Positions 8,710 to 19,130 of a stretch of 62,295 nt of DNA are shown here, piece after piece. Under the pieces are notes generated by a model. That model saw only the letters and a list, made by a program, of their open reading frames with translations, searched no databases and was not told where the DNA came from. Source of the DNA: a virus. Its lineage: Duplodnaviria > Caudoviricetes. The stretch covers positions 1 through 62,295 of IMG/VR virus record IMGVR_UViG_3300034093_000922. The stretch is one strand, 5' to 3'. The position numbers and the translations under genes are program-made. How positions within the stretch are numbered: the first letter of the stretch is position 1; each line of letters starts with the position of its first letter.

Positions 8710-11700
8710 TTAACTTCCTGCTCTCATTGATCTACGAATCGGTCCATTGTTGCTAAGATCTCTAGTAATGATGTCAATAACAAACTTTTCTCCATCAAAT
8801 CTAGGCTTTGATGCAGTAGCATCCTGCGGAGTTCCTTCGTTTTTAATATTAACTACCACATTTCCTCCAACAGCTCCACCAGCGTTCATAGCTTGTAGTG
8901 CTGGGGTACCTATAGCACTAGCTGCTTGTTTACGTAGTACAAACTCGCCTGGCTCTAGCATAGCTGGTACACGATCTCGTAAAGAATTTACGCCGCCGCC
9001 TTGAGCCATGTGATGTACTGTTCCGCCACTAGCAAATAGGCTGCCAATTCCGCTGGCTATACTGCCTATAATTCCACCACCGCCGCTACCAATAGAACTA
9101 AGTATGTTAACAATTATGTTACCTAAACTAGAGAATATAGACGTTCCAATTCCGCCTAATCCTTTTAAGGCTCCAGCGAATATACCCTCTTGTCCAAATA
9201 CCCCACCTATTAGATTGGATACAAAGCCACCTTGTCCAAATATACCACTAAAGGTATTCTTTATACTATCTAAAGTTCTAGCAAAGAATCCATTACCTTC
9301 TTTTGCTACTGCTAGAATTGGATTTTCTCCTGCACTTTGTGCAGTAGTAGTTAGTAGAGCTCCATCTATAACCTTAGCGTTATCAGCGCCTTTTTGTTCT
9401 TTGCCGCCACCAAATAAGCCAGATACGGTATCTGTTACAAAGTTAGCTATCGGCTCGGCTATAGCTTTTTGAAAGAATGTTTCTTGAATTGATTTAAATA
9501 TATTATAGAAGGCATCTTGGATCTTCTCGCCAAAAGTTCTAATATCATTAGTGGTATCAAAGAAAGAAGCATTTAAGTCAACTAGAGCTTGAGTAACACT
9601 AGATCTAATAGTCTCTTTAACAGCATTCATAGTATTCTTCATAATATCTAACTCATAGTTAAGATCAGAAGTTTTTCCTGAAAGTTGAAATAAGCTGTTT
9701 TCAAAGTTGGCTTGTAGCTCAAGCAGCTCATACAGTCTCCCACCACCTTCTGATCCTGCTTGCGCTTCAGCACGCTTAATTTCTAGGTCTAATAGTTTTT
9801 TAGCGTTTCGAAGTTGTTCTATAGCAGCAATCTGGGCAGTATAAGCCCCCTCTTTTTGAGCAGCTCTTAGTTTTGCAGTGTCTACTAGGTTAGCTTGTAA
9901 TCCAGCTATTTCTGCTTGTTTATTTATTATATCTAAATCTGCTATAATTCGTAGCTGACCTATCTGTTTGTTAAATATGTCGTCTTGTAGCCCTTTAGAT
10001 TCTTTTGCTGCTGCTAAAGTAGCAGTAATATCTGTAATTATAGTTGCAGGAAGATCTTTAGCAGTCTTTTCTATAACAGCTTTAGCAACAGGATTTCCGG
10101 CCACACCTAGTAGCTCTGCTATAACAGTAGCAAAAAGAGAGATGCCATTACTAAAAGCTGCTGTAGACTCAGCAAAGGTTTTATAGCCTTCTAACTGTGC
10201 TACAAGAGCGCTATTATCTTGATTAGCTATAGCCTTAGCAGCCTCTATTTTTTGTATCTCTAGATCGCGTGTTTGTCTTAAAATATCTAGTTCTCTTACA
10301 GATTTATCTATATCTGCTTGTATTTTTCTCTCTATATTAGCAGATTCCTGATCAAATAACCTTTGTTGCTCAACAAATGCACCGATTTTAAACTCTATTT
10401 CTTTATCTATAGCTGCTGTTTGTCTTGCTACGCTATCTTTTTGTGCTTCTAGAGCAGCTTTAGCGTTACTTCCCTGAGCATTAATAGCAGCTTTTTGATT
10501 ATTATAATTATCAGTTAGAACTTTACGCTCTAACTCTATAAGCTCACGGCGTTTAGCAATTACATCACCGCTAGTTGCTCCAGGAGTACGCTGAAGTTCT
10601 AATAGCTCACGCTCGCCTCTCAGTAGTATGCCTTGATTAATTACAGCCTGTAAAGATGCTTTAGCTGCCGCAGCATTATAGCTACCTTTTATAAGTCCTA
10701 TCTGTGCTTCTGTATCAAGTATTTGATTAGTATTGTTTAATCTCTGTAACTCTAAGTCATTAGACGTTCTAGTATTACTTAGCTGAACATTGCTTAATTC
10801 TAAGCCTTTATCAGCGCGGGCAATACTATTTTTAGAAACTGTATCAACATTTCTAGCCTGTGCTATGCTAATAGCTAAGGCGTTTTGCGCACTAAGTAAC
10901 TTATTTTCTTGCTCTAGCGCAGCCTTCTTCTTAGTCTCTGCCTCAAGTATTTGTAAAGTTGTATCATAATTTTCTAGTAATAAGCCTACTTGAGCTTTTT
11001 GTGCGGTAACACCTGCTTCTATTAGCTTAAGCTCAGTAGCCTGATTTGTAGATGCTTGTCCAGAATCAGAAGCTCCGCCACTACCACGGCGTAGGTTCTC
11101 TTCTAGTCTTTTTCCTGTATCAATAACAGATCTTAGATACTCCTGCTGGTTACCTTTTAGCTGTTCTGCATTTTTTGCTAGTTTCCCCGTTACGCTTATC
11201 AAGCCTGTAAAAGCTGCAGTATCTACCTTGCCTAATGCCCCACTAAAAGCTTTTTGTATACCGTCAAGCACTTTCTCCGCTGTTTGAAGTTCTCTTAAGT
11301 TCTTACTCAGCTCTTGTAATCTATTACTTACTTTTGCTATTTCAGCAGCAGTACCTTTCCCTGAAGTCTGTAATTCTTTTAGTGTTGCAGATGCGCCAGA
11401 TACTTGTGCTGCAAGCTTTTCAGAGCTTGTGGCGCCAGCCTCAAAAGCAGCTTCCCCGTCTGAAAGAGTTTTATTTAACAATACAGTATTGATAACAAAT
11501 AGTTTTTCTTCTTCTGTTAATTTTTCAAAATTAATTTGTCCATCAATACCTTCTAACTCTTCACCTAAAAAGGTTATTTGCTTAACTGCAGAAGCAGTTA
11601 CACCACTTGCAGTACGCAAAGTGTCACTAAGTATTTTAATAGAATCAGCAGATTTAGGATCGGTAAGGACGCGTACTATATCCCCAGCAGGTATGCCGCT

Positions 11701-13740
11701 AGCTCGTTCTAAAGCTCCGGCTACACCTTCTAAGCCACTAGCATAGTTTTCATTAGTAGCTACTATAGTTTCAAGTTCTAAACGCTCTCTTGTTTTAGCA
11801 TTTATAAATTCGTAATCAGGCTTAGCAGCAAGTCTTTCTGCTGTAATCTGTCCTTCTATTATTGCTATTTCTTCATTTAATAATAAAGTTTTTAGTAGAT
11901 TCTCACGTATAATACCGTAACTTTCAGGAGATACTGTGTTTCTTTGAGCCTGAATACCTAAGTTAAGAGCTCTAAACTCTTGGCTTATTCCCCCCTCTAT
12001 TTCTTCACCTGATCTAGTTTTGGGCCCGCCCGTGCTAAGGGTCTTCTGCGCAATTTTAGCACGAAAAGCGTATTGAGCATTTATTTTTACAAGCCTATCT
12101 GACACTCCTTCTAGATACTTCTCATCAGCTCCTGCAAGTTTTAGAGAAGCAGTAAGACCAGCTCCACCAGCAGCCTCTGCTAATCCTAGAAAACCAGTTC
12201 TTAAATCAGCTGTTTGCTGATTTATCTTGCTAAAGTACCCAGTAATTTCGGATAAAATATCTACATCAAATAAAGTACCAACTAGTTGTGCTACAGTAAT
12301 AACTGTGAAGATTATACCAAGAGAAGCATTAAGAATGTTCATACCTACACTTAACGCTGTTACAGCTCCTCTAGCTACCCCAGCAGCCGCGCTAAATCCT
12401 CTAGTAGCGAGTGTAGCATTCTTTGTTGCAGCAGCGTAGCTAGCTAGTATTAGAGTTGCGTCTCGTGCAGCTAAGCTATCAGCTTTTCGTGCTATTGTTA
12501 GGGCCTTTAACGCTGCTTTAAGAGCTTTTTCATCAGCAGTTCTCATTGCGCCTAAAGGAGCTCCACCAGCCAGAAAATTTTGTCTAGCTAGAGCAGCAGC
12601 AGAAATCTGTGATTTACTTAGAATCTGTCTGTTCTTTCCTTGATCATCAGGAGCTGTTTGAGCAAAAGACCCTGAGCCAAGAGTTTTTTTACCAGCAGCA
12701 TCAGTAGTATAACCAGCTACTAGACCGCCACGTTCTTTTACGCTTCTATTAAAATCGTCAGAGGCTGTAGTTATCTCACCAAAAGTACCCTTCATCTTCT
12801 CAGCTTGAGCAGCTAAGCCAGTAGCGAAATTACTCATATTAGTTAGGCCGCTCTTAGCAAAATCTCCTATTATACTAATACCTTTACCAAATACTAAAGC
12901 TAATATACCACCAAATAACAGTAAAGTATTACCTGCGTCATTTTTAAAGAAGTTTACGAACGGTCCTAACACTCCACCTACAAATTGTAAGAACTCAGTA
13001 CCTAAATTAGATACTTGAACACGTAGTTGTTCTAGAGATTTTTGTGCAGAAGCGGACGTGGTATCAATTGCGCTAAATTTGCGCTCACCTTCAGCGATAA
13101 CGGCATTAACGAATGCCTGACGTCTTTCAAACTGAGTAAGATTGTTTTCAGATACGTTTAACGCTTGAGCATAAGCTCTAACAGCGGGATCAATACGAGT
13201 AAAGATACCAAGTTCGTCTAAAAGTTCAGGCTCTAGCTTAGCAGAACCTCTAATAACTCTTTGTAGAGAATCAGTAAAATCACGACCAAGAGCTCTAGAA
13301 GCTCCTAGTGCTACACTGGTTAATCTTTCAATTTGTTGAGTATTAAAACCAGCAGCAAGCGCTATGTTAGCGTTTTGTGCTGTCTCAGCTACTGTTAGCT
13401 GACCTTGTGAAATTTGTTGAAGAGATGCAATTATTCTTGGACCACTCTGTCCAATTTCTAGAGCTAGAGCAGAAGTACCTTTTACAATTGTTTCAGCTTG
13501 AGCAGCTTGTGATAGAGCAGTATACGCAGCTTCAAGAGCGAAGATAGTAGCAGCAGCACCGGCATAGGCAGCTACTAAACCACCTAAGCCTTGAGATTGT
13601 GCAGCAAATTGACGACCAGCACTAGCAGTACCTTGTCCAAGACGGGTCTGTGCTTTTGTTACTCCAGCTGTTTCCGCTGCTACAGCGGCGGCTCCCTCAG
13701 AAGTAAATACCGTCTTGATAATGTTCTTAATAATGCTCAA
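8710..13740 (-). CDS. Tape measure protein
   Basis: 1676 aa, Ala/Leu-rich and helical; KLEPELLDELGI motif; C-terminal DRVPAMLEPGEFV; follows chaperones. Confidence 0.9.
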   Translation of the reverse strand: MSIIKNIIKTVFTSEGAAAVAAETAGVTKAQTRLGQGTASAGRQFAAQSQGLGGLVAAYAGAAATIFALEAAYTALSQAAQAETIVKGTSALALEIGQSGPRIIASLQQISQGQLTVAETAQNANIALAAGFNTQQIERLTSVALGASRALGRDFTDSLQRVIRGSAKLEPELLDELGIFTRIDPAVRAYAQALNVSENNLTQFERRQAFVNAVIAEGERKFSAIDTTSASAQKSLEQLRVQVSNLGTEFLQFVGGVLGPFVNFFKNDAGNTLLLFGGILALVFGKGISIIGDFAKSGLTNMSNFATGLAAQAEKMKGTFGEITTASDDFNRSVKERGGLVAGYTTDAAGKKTLGSGSFAQTAPDDQGKNRQILSKSQISAAALARQNFLAGGAPLGAMRTADEKALKAALKALTIARKADSLAARDATLILASYAAATKNATLATRGFSAAAGVARGAVTALSVGMNILNASLGIIFTVITVAQLVGTLFDVDILSEITGYFSKINQQTADLRTGFLGLAEAAGGAGLTASLKLAGADEKYLEGVSDRLVKINAQYAFRAKIAQKTLSTGGPKTRSGEEIEGGISQEFRALNLGIQAQRNTVSPESYGIIRENLLKTLLLNEEIAIIEGQITAERLAAKPDYEFINAKTRERLELETIVATNENYASGLEGVAGALERASGIPAGDIVRVLTDPKSADSIKILSDTLRTASGVTASAVKQITFLGEELEGIDGQINFEKLTEEEKLFVINTVLLNKTLSDGEAAFEAGATSSEKLAAQVSGASATLKELQTSGKGTAAEIAKVSNRLQELSKNLRELQTAEKVLDGIQKAFSGALGKVDTAAFTGLISVTGKLAKNAEQLKGNQQEYLRSVIDTGKRLEENLRRGSGGASDSGQASTNQATELKLIEAGVTAQKAQVGLLLENYDTTLQILEAETKKKAALEQENKLLSAQNALAISIAQARNVDTVSKNSIARADKGLELSNVQLSNTRTSNDLELQRLNNTNQILDTEAQIGLIKGSYNAAAAKASLQAVINQGILLRGERELLELQRTPGATSGDVIAKRRELIELERKVLTDNYNNQKAAINAQGSNAKAALEAQKDSVARQTAAIDKEIEFKIGAFVEQQRLFDQESANIERKIQADIDKSVRELDILRQTRDLEIQKIEAAKAIANQDNSALVAQLEGYKTFAESTAAFSNGISLFATVIAELLGVAGNPVAKAVIEKTAKDLPATIITDITATLAAAKESKGLQDDIFNKQIGQLRIIADLDIINKQAEIAGLQANLVDTAKLRAAQKEGAYTAQIAAIEQLRNAKKLLDLEIKRAEAQAGSEGGGRLYELLELQANFENSLFQLSGKTSDLNYELDIMKNTMNAVKETIRSSVTQALVDLNASFFDTTNDIRTFGEKIQDAFYNIFKSIQETFFQKAIAEPIANFVTDTVSGLFGGGKEQKGADNAKVIDGALLTTTAQSAGENPILAVAKEGNGFFARTLDSIKNTFSGIFGQGGFVSNLIGGVFGQEGIFAGALKGLGGIGTSIFSSLGNIIVNILSSIGSGGGGIIGSIASGIGSLFASGGTVHHMAQGGGVNSLRDRVPAMLEPGEFVLRKQAASAIGTPALQAMNAGGAVGGNVVVNIKNEGTPQDATASKPRFDGEKFVIDIITRDLSNNGPIRRSMRAGS

Positions 13741-14046
13741 TTATCTTGCTCTCTTTGCTTTGCTTAAAGATTCTTGTTCTTTTTGCTTTTGCGTATAGTG
13801 TTTATCTAATTCTTGTTCTGCTTGTTTTAGCAATTCAAAAACTACTCTACGATCATCGATTTCGTATATATCCATAATCGCAGATAAACCACTATAATCT
13901 TTGCCCATCCAAGAACCGCTCATGCCTTCCCAGTTATCTGGTAGAGCATTTAGTAGTACTAAAGCTTGTTGAACTTCTAAAGATAGAGTAGATGGGTCAA
14001 TAGGCATTTGATCTTCATCAGGTTCCCAACCCATCTGCTCGCACAT
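13741..14046 (-). CDS. Tail assembly chaperone, C-terminal (T) part, probably made by -1 frameshift
   Basis: Frame stays open upstream to the slippery site A AAA AAC at 14109-14115. Confidence 0.75.
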   Translation of the reverse strand: MCEQMGWEPDEDQMPIDPSTLSLEVQQALVLLNALPDNWEGMSGSWMGKDYSGLSAIMDIYEIDDRRVVFELLKQAEQELDKHYTQKQKEQESLSKAKRAR

Positions 14047-14105
14047 TAGTAGATATTGATCTATGTCTACTCCACCTCCGTTAAAAGTACTACGGAGGTA
14101 GTCTA

Positions 14106-14537
14106 TTAGTTTTTTGAGTCTGTCTCTGTTTTTGTTTTAGAGAACTGTTCAAAGTCGTTCATAGTATCTGTAACAAACTGGTCAAAGATTGTAGAATTTT
14201 TTAATAATTCTAATGCTTCTTCATCACTATAATCAATATTTTCATTGGGGTCCATAGAAGAAATGTCAACAGGTAACAATAGTGGTAGGTGCTTTACTTT
14301 TAAGCCCCTCCAACCTGCAATAGCTTTCTCAGCATATGCTTCAAGAAACTTAGCACTATCAACTTCTTCTTCACGCTGACGAGTTCTTTTATTGAACTTA
14401 AACGTTAAACTAGATGTTCTGACCTTTTGTAGATCTTCTCTAGTCAAAAAGCGTAGATTCACCTCAAAATCTTCAATTTCTGGGAATGGAACCCAGGTTG
14501 ACGATTCTTTAGCGATCATATTTTTAATTTTACTCAT
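14106..14537 (-). CDS. Tail assembly chaperone (G)
   Basis: Between tail tube and TMP; IAGWRGLK motif; ends in slippery ..SKN*. Confidence 0.8.
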   Translation of the reverse strand: MSKIKNMIAKESSTWVPFPEIEDFEVNLRFLTREDLQKVRTSSLTFKFNKRTRQREEEVDSAKFLEAYAEKAIAGWRGLKVKHLPLLLPVDISSMDPNENIDYSDEEALELLKNSTIFDQFVTDTMNDFEQFSKTKTETDSKN

Positions 14538-14543
14538 GATTTT

Positions 14544-14654
14544 CCCTCATTTAAATGTGAGTGTCTATCTGCATATCTGCGTTCTAAGGTGAGGGGGAAC
14601 CTTGATTTGCAAGCGGATAGACACTCTCTGGTTAATAGACAATGTTCCCCCTCA
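14544..14654 (-). promoter_or_regulatory. Intergenic RNA structure (interleaved 11-bp helices, pseudoknot) upstream of the chaperone RBS
   Basis: 14590-14600 is complementary to 14644-14654, and 14559-14569 to 14616-14626; order is A-B-A'-B'. Confidence 0.6.
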
Positions 14655-14674
14655 GAAACACTTTAGTTTAGTTA

Positions 14675-15946
14675 TTAAGACTTAGCAGCGAATATTTTAA
14701 CTTCACCACCATCACCTTTAGTAGCTGCAGGCTCTTGAGCAACAAAGTTAACACTTAAAGAAATAACATCTTCAATTGCTAGTACTGGGAACTCAAACTG
14801 ACAAGCATCTAGTTGGAAGGCTACATAAGGTGCAGTAGCTCCACCAATGATAAGATTAGCATTAGAAGTAGCTGAAGAAGTAGTTCTAGAATCGTTAGCA
14901 ATATTACGTAGGAACTGTGCTGACTCAGTGTCTCCAGCGCGAAGATACATAGTAGCTGAGCCTGTTACAGCGCGAGTACCAGTAAATTGGCCGATAGGTG
15001 AATTAAGTGAACCTAGTTGTTCTGGAGTTAGATACGTCATATTGTTGTTGTAGTCAAAGCTAAGAGCTGTAACTGGGAACACATATTTAACGTCAGTACC
15101 AGCAGCAGTAGGTTTATGATGGAATTCTATAGAGCTAAGACGGTTTTTAATAAACGAATTAGTTGCTACAGTTCCGGCTACGTTCATAGTGTTAAAAGGA
15201 TGATATGCAGCAGCAACACTTAAAGCACTTGCGTTAGAGTTAGCAAGAACAGAAGAACCACTATTAAGTACCCCACCAAATACTGATATAGCATTATCAC
15301 GCGGTGTACCAGTAAGTTCAGTTAGTATAGTACCCATGCCACTCCAAGTTGTGGTAGCAATTTCTTCAATACCAGCGTCAACAGCAGCGCCGTTAACAGT
15401 AGCAGCTTGAACCTGATAAATAACGTTATCAAGTTTAAAATAAAGGTGGTTTTCACTAGCTGTTGAGAAGTTTGTACGAGAAGAGTGAGACCCTGTTCCG
15501 GCTGCAACGTTAGTTGTAACAAGTTTACCACCTGTAGACCATACTGATTGATCAGCTGTACCAGAAGTTGGTTTAGTATTTGATATCAAAGACTGCCACA
15601 TAAACCAGTCAGCTACAGGTTTAGCATTACCAGAGGCATTTGTTCCAGCACCAGTACCGTTAGCGGCTGCGCCAGTAACAACACCTGTAGGTCTTAGGTA
15701 TACTTGTAGATTCCATTCAACAGGGTTGATTGCTGTATTGAATCTTTGTTGTGAGCGATCAGGAGTAGTACCAGATTCTAGACTGGTAATATCTTGAGTA
15801 GCGGCAGATGAAGACACAGCAAAACCAGCAAGCACTTCAAGCTTCCATGTGTTTTGTGGCGTCATAGCGGTAACTGCTGCCCCTCCGTTTAAGTCAACGG
15901 AAGAGAAGAATACCTCGGAATTTCTTTGTAAATTAAGAGATGCCAT
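14675..15946 (-). CDS. Major tail tube protein, T5 pb6-like
   Basis: LNLQRNSEVFFS..NTW..DITSLESG..P.RS..RFN.A.N..EW..Y.RP parallels the T5 pb6 N-terminus as I recall it; DFNNN-type (DYNNNMTYLTP) second half. Confidence 0.85.
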   Translation of the reverse strand: MASLNLQRNSEVFFSSVDLNGGAAVTAMTPQNTWKLEVLAGFAVSSSAATQDITSLESGTTPDRSQQRFNTAINPVEWNLQVYLRPTGVVTGAAANGTGAGTNASGNAKPVADWFMWQSLISNTKPTSGTADQSVWSTGGKLVTTNVAAGTGSHSSRTNFSTASENHLYFKLDNVIYQVQAATVNGAAVDAGIEEIATTTWSGMGTILTELTGTPRDNAISVFGGVLNSGSSVLANSNASALSVAAAYHPFNTMNVAGTVATNSFIKNRLSSIEFHHKPTAAGTDVKYVFPVTALSFDYNNNMTYLTPEQLGSLNSPIGQFTGTRAVTGSATMYLRAGDTESAQFLRNIANDSRTTSSATSNANLIIGGATAPYVAFQLDACQFEFPVLAIEDVISLSVNFVAQEPAATKGDGGEVKIFAAKS

Positions 15947-15958
15947 ATTTATTTCTCC

Positions 15959-16414
15959 TTAGTTTTCTAGTCTATAGACTATTGATAATTCAATTTCTGC
16001 TAAACCATAAGGTAAAGCTAATCCCTCATCAGTAATAATATTATCTATTGTTATATCTAATATACCCTTATCAGGATTATCGCCAAGTGCGTATATGATA
16101 TGTTCAACATCTTGAACTAAATCATCAGATAGTGTTTGTGAATTATCTTCTCCATATACGTATGCTCTTATAATAACGTCTAACGTAGCTTCCGTCAAAT
16201 TTTCAGATTGAAAATCTCGAATTTCGGTTCCAGCAGAAACGTAGAGCGATGGAAAGTCATTAACTTCGTCTAAGAATCTAATTTTACGAAATACATTATC
16301 AAATACGTTAGTTGCAAAGGTATAGGAGTTATCATAGGGCGATACTCCACCGTCTATTTCTTTTAATCTAGTTACAATAAACTGAACTATTTCAGTTCTT
16401 CTATTTACAGGCAT
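15959..16414 (-). CDS. Tail terminator, T5 p142-like
   Basis: R.EI..EVNDFP..GTE..TDEGL..PYGLAEI..Y motif; upstream of tail tube. Confidence 0.8.
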   Translation of the reverse strand: MPVNRRTEIVQFIVTRLKEIDGGVSPYDNSYTFATNVFDNVFRKIRFLDEVNDFPSLYVSAGTEIRDFQSENLTEATLDVIIRAYVYGEDNSQTLSDDLVQDVEHIIYALGDNPDKGILDITIDNIITDEGLALPYGLAEIELSIVYRLEN

Positions 16415-16417
16415 AGA

Positions 16418-17728
16418 TTACATCCTTTGTATATTAAATTGTCTTGCATAAGCTTGTTGTGCTACTTCTCTTATACTACGAACTATCTGTTGTTCTGGAT
16501 TATAACCATAAGCCTGTAAGTGACTATAAAGAGGCAGATAATAAAACTTTAATAAGTTAGCTCTATAATTTGGGACTACTCTTATGCTCTCTCTAAATCT
16601 TCCAGATCTCTCGACTAAATTAGGTCGTCTAGCTGCTCCGCTTTTTCTCATAGTTTTTTTAAGCAGATTCTGTACTAGTGCTGTCCACTGTATACTAGAC
16701 AGAAATCCTTGTGTCTTAACAGGCTGAGCTTTAGTTTGTTTAGGTTTACTAATTTTTACTGTGCCACGAGATATAATAGCCGATCCTGCTATATAAGCTA
16801 ATGCATGTGTAAAACCATTATCTTGTAAAAACTTTTCTACTTCTTTTTGGGTAATGCCAGATGGTAGCGTAGTCAGCTCTGATAAAGCTTTGAGTATAGT
16901 TATTCCTAGTGATCCATTTAGTTCTTTTATTACTACCCTGTTCATATCATTTAAAGCTTTAGTAATAGTACCCGCTGTAAAATATAAGTTTAAATTAATA
17001 TTAGTGTCAGTAGCCTTTTTTGGTAAAGTTACTTGTATTCTCATTTTTCCTGCTATAACACTTTTTTCTATGTCTTTCCAAGAAAACTTAATAGTTCTAT
17101 TTTGTAGCACTCCTCGAAATTGCACAGGTATATCAATAGCATTAGCTTTAATTGTTAGGGTATTTTTAATAGACTTAGCTGCTATGCTCCTACCGTTAAG
17201 TATGGCTAGTAGCTTAATAGAATTGCCTACATTAGCTTTTAAGTCATTATAAATTTTAGTAGTTAGCGCCTCTTTATACTGCGGTATAGGGATACCAGAT
17301 TTAGTGTCAAAACCTGTTAGTAACTTTCGTCTACCCGTATTTAGTACTATACCCTTACCGCCAGCTAATCCTACATCGCCTGTTCTAACTACTCCCGTAT
17401 CTGTTTCTTCAGTAGATACTAGTTTTTGTTCTCTAAGTACTGCTTCTCCATCAATATTTAAAAAAAAGTCAGGATAAAAACCACCTTCACCTGCCTTAAT
17501 TTGTCCACCACCTAGCTCAGCAACAATAGCTAACTCTATCTGTGAGTTAAGCCTATTAGCTAAAGATCTGAGCACAGAGCTATATTTAGTATCGACCCAA
17601 GATGCCCTAAATAACTGCTGAGAAGTTTTAAGAGCTTTAGCTAGAGATAAAGAATCGTTAGAAGCTACTTTTATTCTACCGTCAGAAGAGGTTGTTTTAG
17701 AAGTTATTTTAGTCTTAACAGCTACCAT
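16418..17728 (-). CDS. Tail completion / neck protein (T5 p143-like C-terminus)
   Basis: Basic; C-terminal L..RSGRF.ES..Y..P..I.RSIREVA; synteny. Confidence 0.55.
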   Translation of the reverse strand: MVAVKTKITSKTTSSDGRIKVASNDSLSLAKALKTSQQLFRASWVDTKYSSVLRSLANRLNSQIELAIVAELGGGQIKAGEGGFYPDFFLNIDGEAVLREQKLVSTEETDTGVVRTGDVGLAGGKGIVLNTGRRKLLTGFDTKSGIPIPQYKEALTTKIYNDLKANVGNSIKLLAILNGRSIAAKSIKNTLTIKANAIDIPVQFRGVLQNRTIKFSWKDIEKSVIAGKMRIQVTLPKKATDTNINLNLYFTAGTITKALNDMNRVVIKELNGSLGITILKALSELTTLPSGITQKEVEKFLQDNGFTHALAYIAGSAIISRGTVKISKPKQTKAQPVKTQGFLSSIQWTALVQNLLKKTMRKSGAARRPNLVERSGRFRESIRVVPNYRANLLKFYYLPLYSHLQAYGYNPEQQIVRSIREVAQQAYARQFNIQRM

Positions 17729-19053
17729 TACATAATGATCCTATACATATCTAGTATGCGTCTAATATGTGGAGGAAAACTTCCAGCTAGCGGATATTTA
17801 TCGCCGCTTTCACCCTCAAAGGTAAAACCTTTTTTGTCTTGGTCTTGTTTATATAATAGCTTGATAAAGTCTAGTGTAGCCATCTGAATATCAAGAGGTA
17901 CTGTATTATTTTCATAACCAGCACGATAAGATACACGTACTCCACTAGGATATCCTTGGAAAGCAGCTGGCCCAGCTAATGTCATGGCTGGATAGTTTCT
18001 TTTTATACCGCCCTTAACTGACCCAGCTAGATTTTCTCTCATTATTTCGCCGTGATCTCTACTGAATGTATAGTCGCTTACTGCGCCATGTACATCGTAT
18101 ACGTTTTTAGCTCCCTGCTTGCCATCAAAGTGTAATAGCAACACAGTATCATCATCAGGTCTAAAACGATTAGTAGGAGGAGTAAAATTAGCCGTATATC
18201 TAGCCTTATTGCTTACACGAAGCTCATCTATATAACCTTTAAACGTAGTACCGATTTCCACATTAGATGTAAAAGTTAAATTAGATACGCTATAACTAGC
18301 ATTTGCTATAGTATTACCATTATAGTGTAAGTATAACTTTTCATCATCTAGCTTACGTGAAATAGCTACGTGAGCCCACTTACGTTTAGTAAATTGCTGA
18401 GCTTCAATAGAAGTATTAGCTCCGCGTACTACAGTAGCAGCACCACTAATATTAGACTCAAAAGCTAATCCATATTGATTAGCCATGCTGAATTTCATAT
18501 AGTTACTTGCATCAGTATTAATTGCGAATATTACATTATTCTGTATGGTAGCTTCGTCAATTCTTACAAAAGCCTCAATTGTAAAATCGCCTTCATACAT
18601 TTTCATAGTTTCAGGAACTGTAGTAGCTACTAAATAGTCTGAAGTGCCTAAGTCTAAACTAGATACTCCAAAGTTTTTAATTCTAGTAGTAAGCTGACCA
18701 TTACCTACAAATCCAAAGCTAAACTGATCGGTAATTTTATTTACAGGAGTACCTATAGTGGTACAATCATTAAGCATTTGATGCTCAATTCCATTAAATT
18801 CTGTTACTTGATATACGTTATTTAACGGTAGTCTACTCGTAAATACAGAGGACTTACCGCCGTCAAAAATCTCTACATAGTCATTCGCAAGTAACTCATG
18901 ACCTATATAATGTTCAATTACGCCAGTAGCGTAGGATATGATATTTGATAATCTAGCATTTTGGGTATTACTAGATATGCTAAGATAATCCTTGACCTGA
19001 GCTAAGTTAACATATGTATATTTACCTAAATCTTCTTCAAATTTCTCTGTCAT
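17728..19053 (-). CDS. Head completion / head-tail adaptor with LamG insertion
   Basis: V.L..VKDYL.I..I..A...IE.Y N-terminus; VSYRAGY..VP.DI..A C-terminus; internal WAHVAISR..GYIDELRVS LamG. Confidence 0.7.
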   Translation of the reverse strand: MTEKFEEDLGKYTYVNLAQVKDYLSISSNTQNARLSNIISYATGVIEHYIGHELLANDYVEIFDGGKSSVFTSRLPLNNVYQVTEFNGIEHQMLNDCTTIGTPVNKITDQFSFGFVGNGQLTTRIKNFGVSSLDLGTSDYLVATTVPETMKMYEGDFTIEAFVRIDEATIQNNVIFAINTDASNYMKFSMANQYGLAFESNISGAATVVRGANTSIEAQQFTKRKWAHVAISRKLDDEKLYLHYNGNTIANASYSVSNLTFTSNVEIGTTFKGYIDELRVSNKARYTANFTPPTNRFRPDDDTVLLLHFDGKQGAKNVYDVHGAVSDYTFSRDHGEIMRENLAGSVKGGIKRNYPAMTLAGPAAFQGYPSGVRVSYRAGYENNTVPLDIQMATLDFIKLLYKQDQDKKGFTFEGESGDKYPLAGSFPPHIRRILDMYRIIM

Positions 19054-19072
19054 AGTTTCCTACCTTATCATT

Positions 19073-19104
19073 AAATAAGGGGAGGCGTGTGACCGCCTCC
19101 CCCT
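19073..19104 (-). terminator. Rho-independent terminator after capsid gene
   Basis: GGGGAGGCG-N6-CGCCTCCCC stem followed by TTATTT on minus strand. Confidence 0.7.
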
Positions 19105-19130
19105 GTAGCCTTAACGATGTTAAGTCTAAA

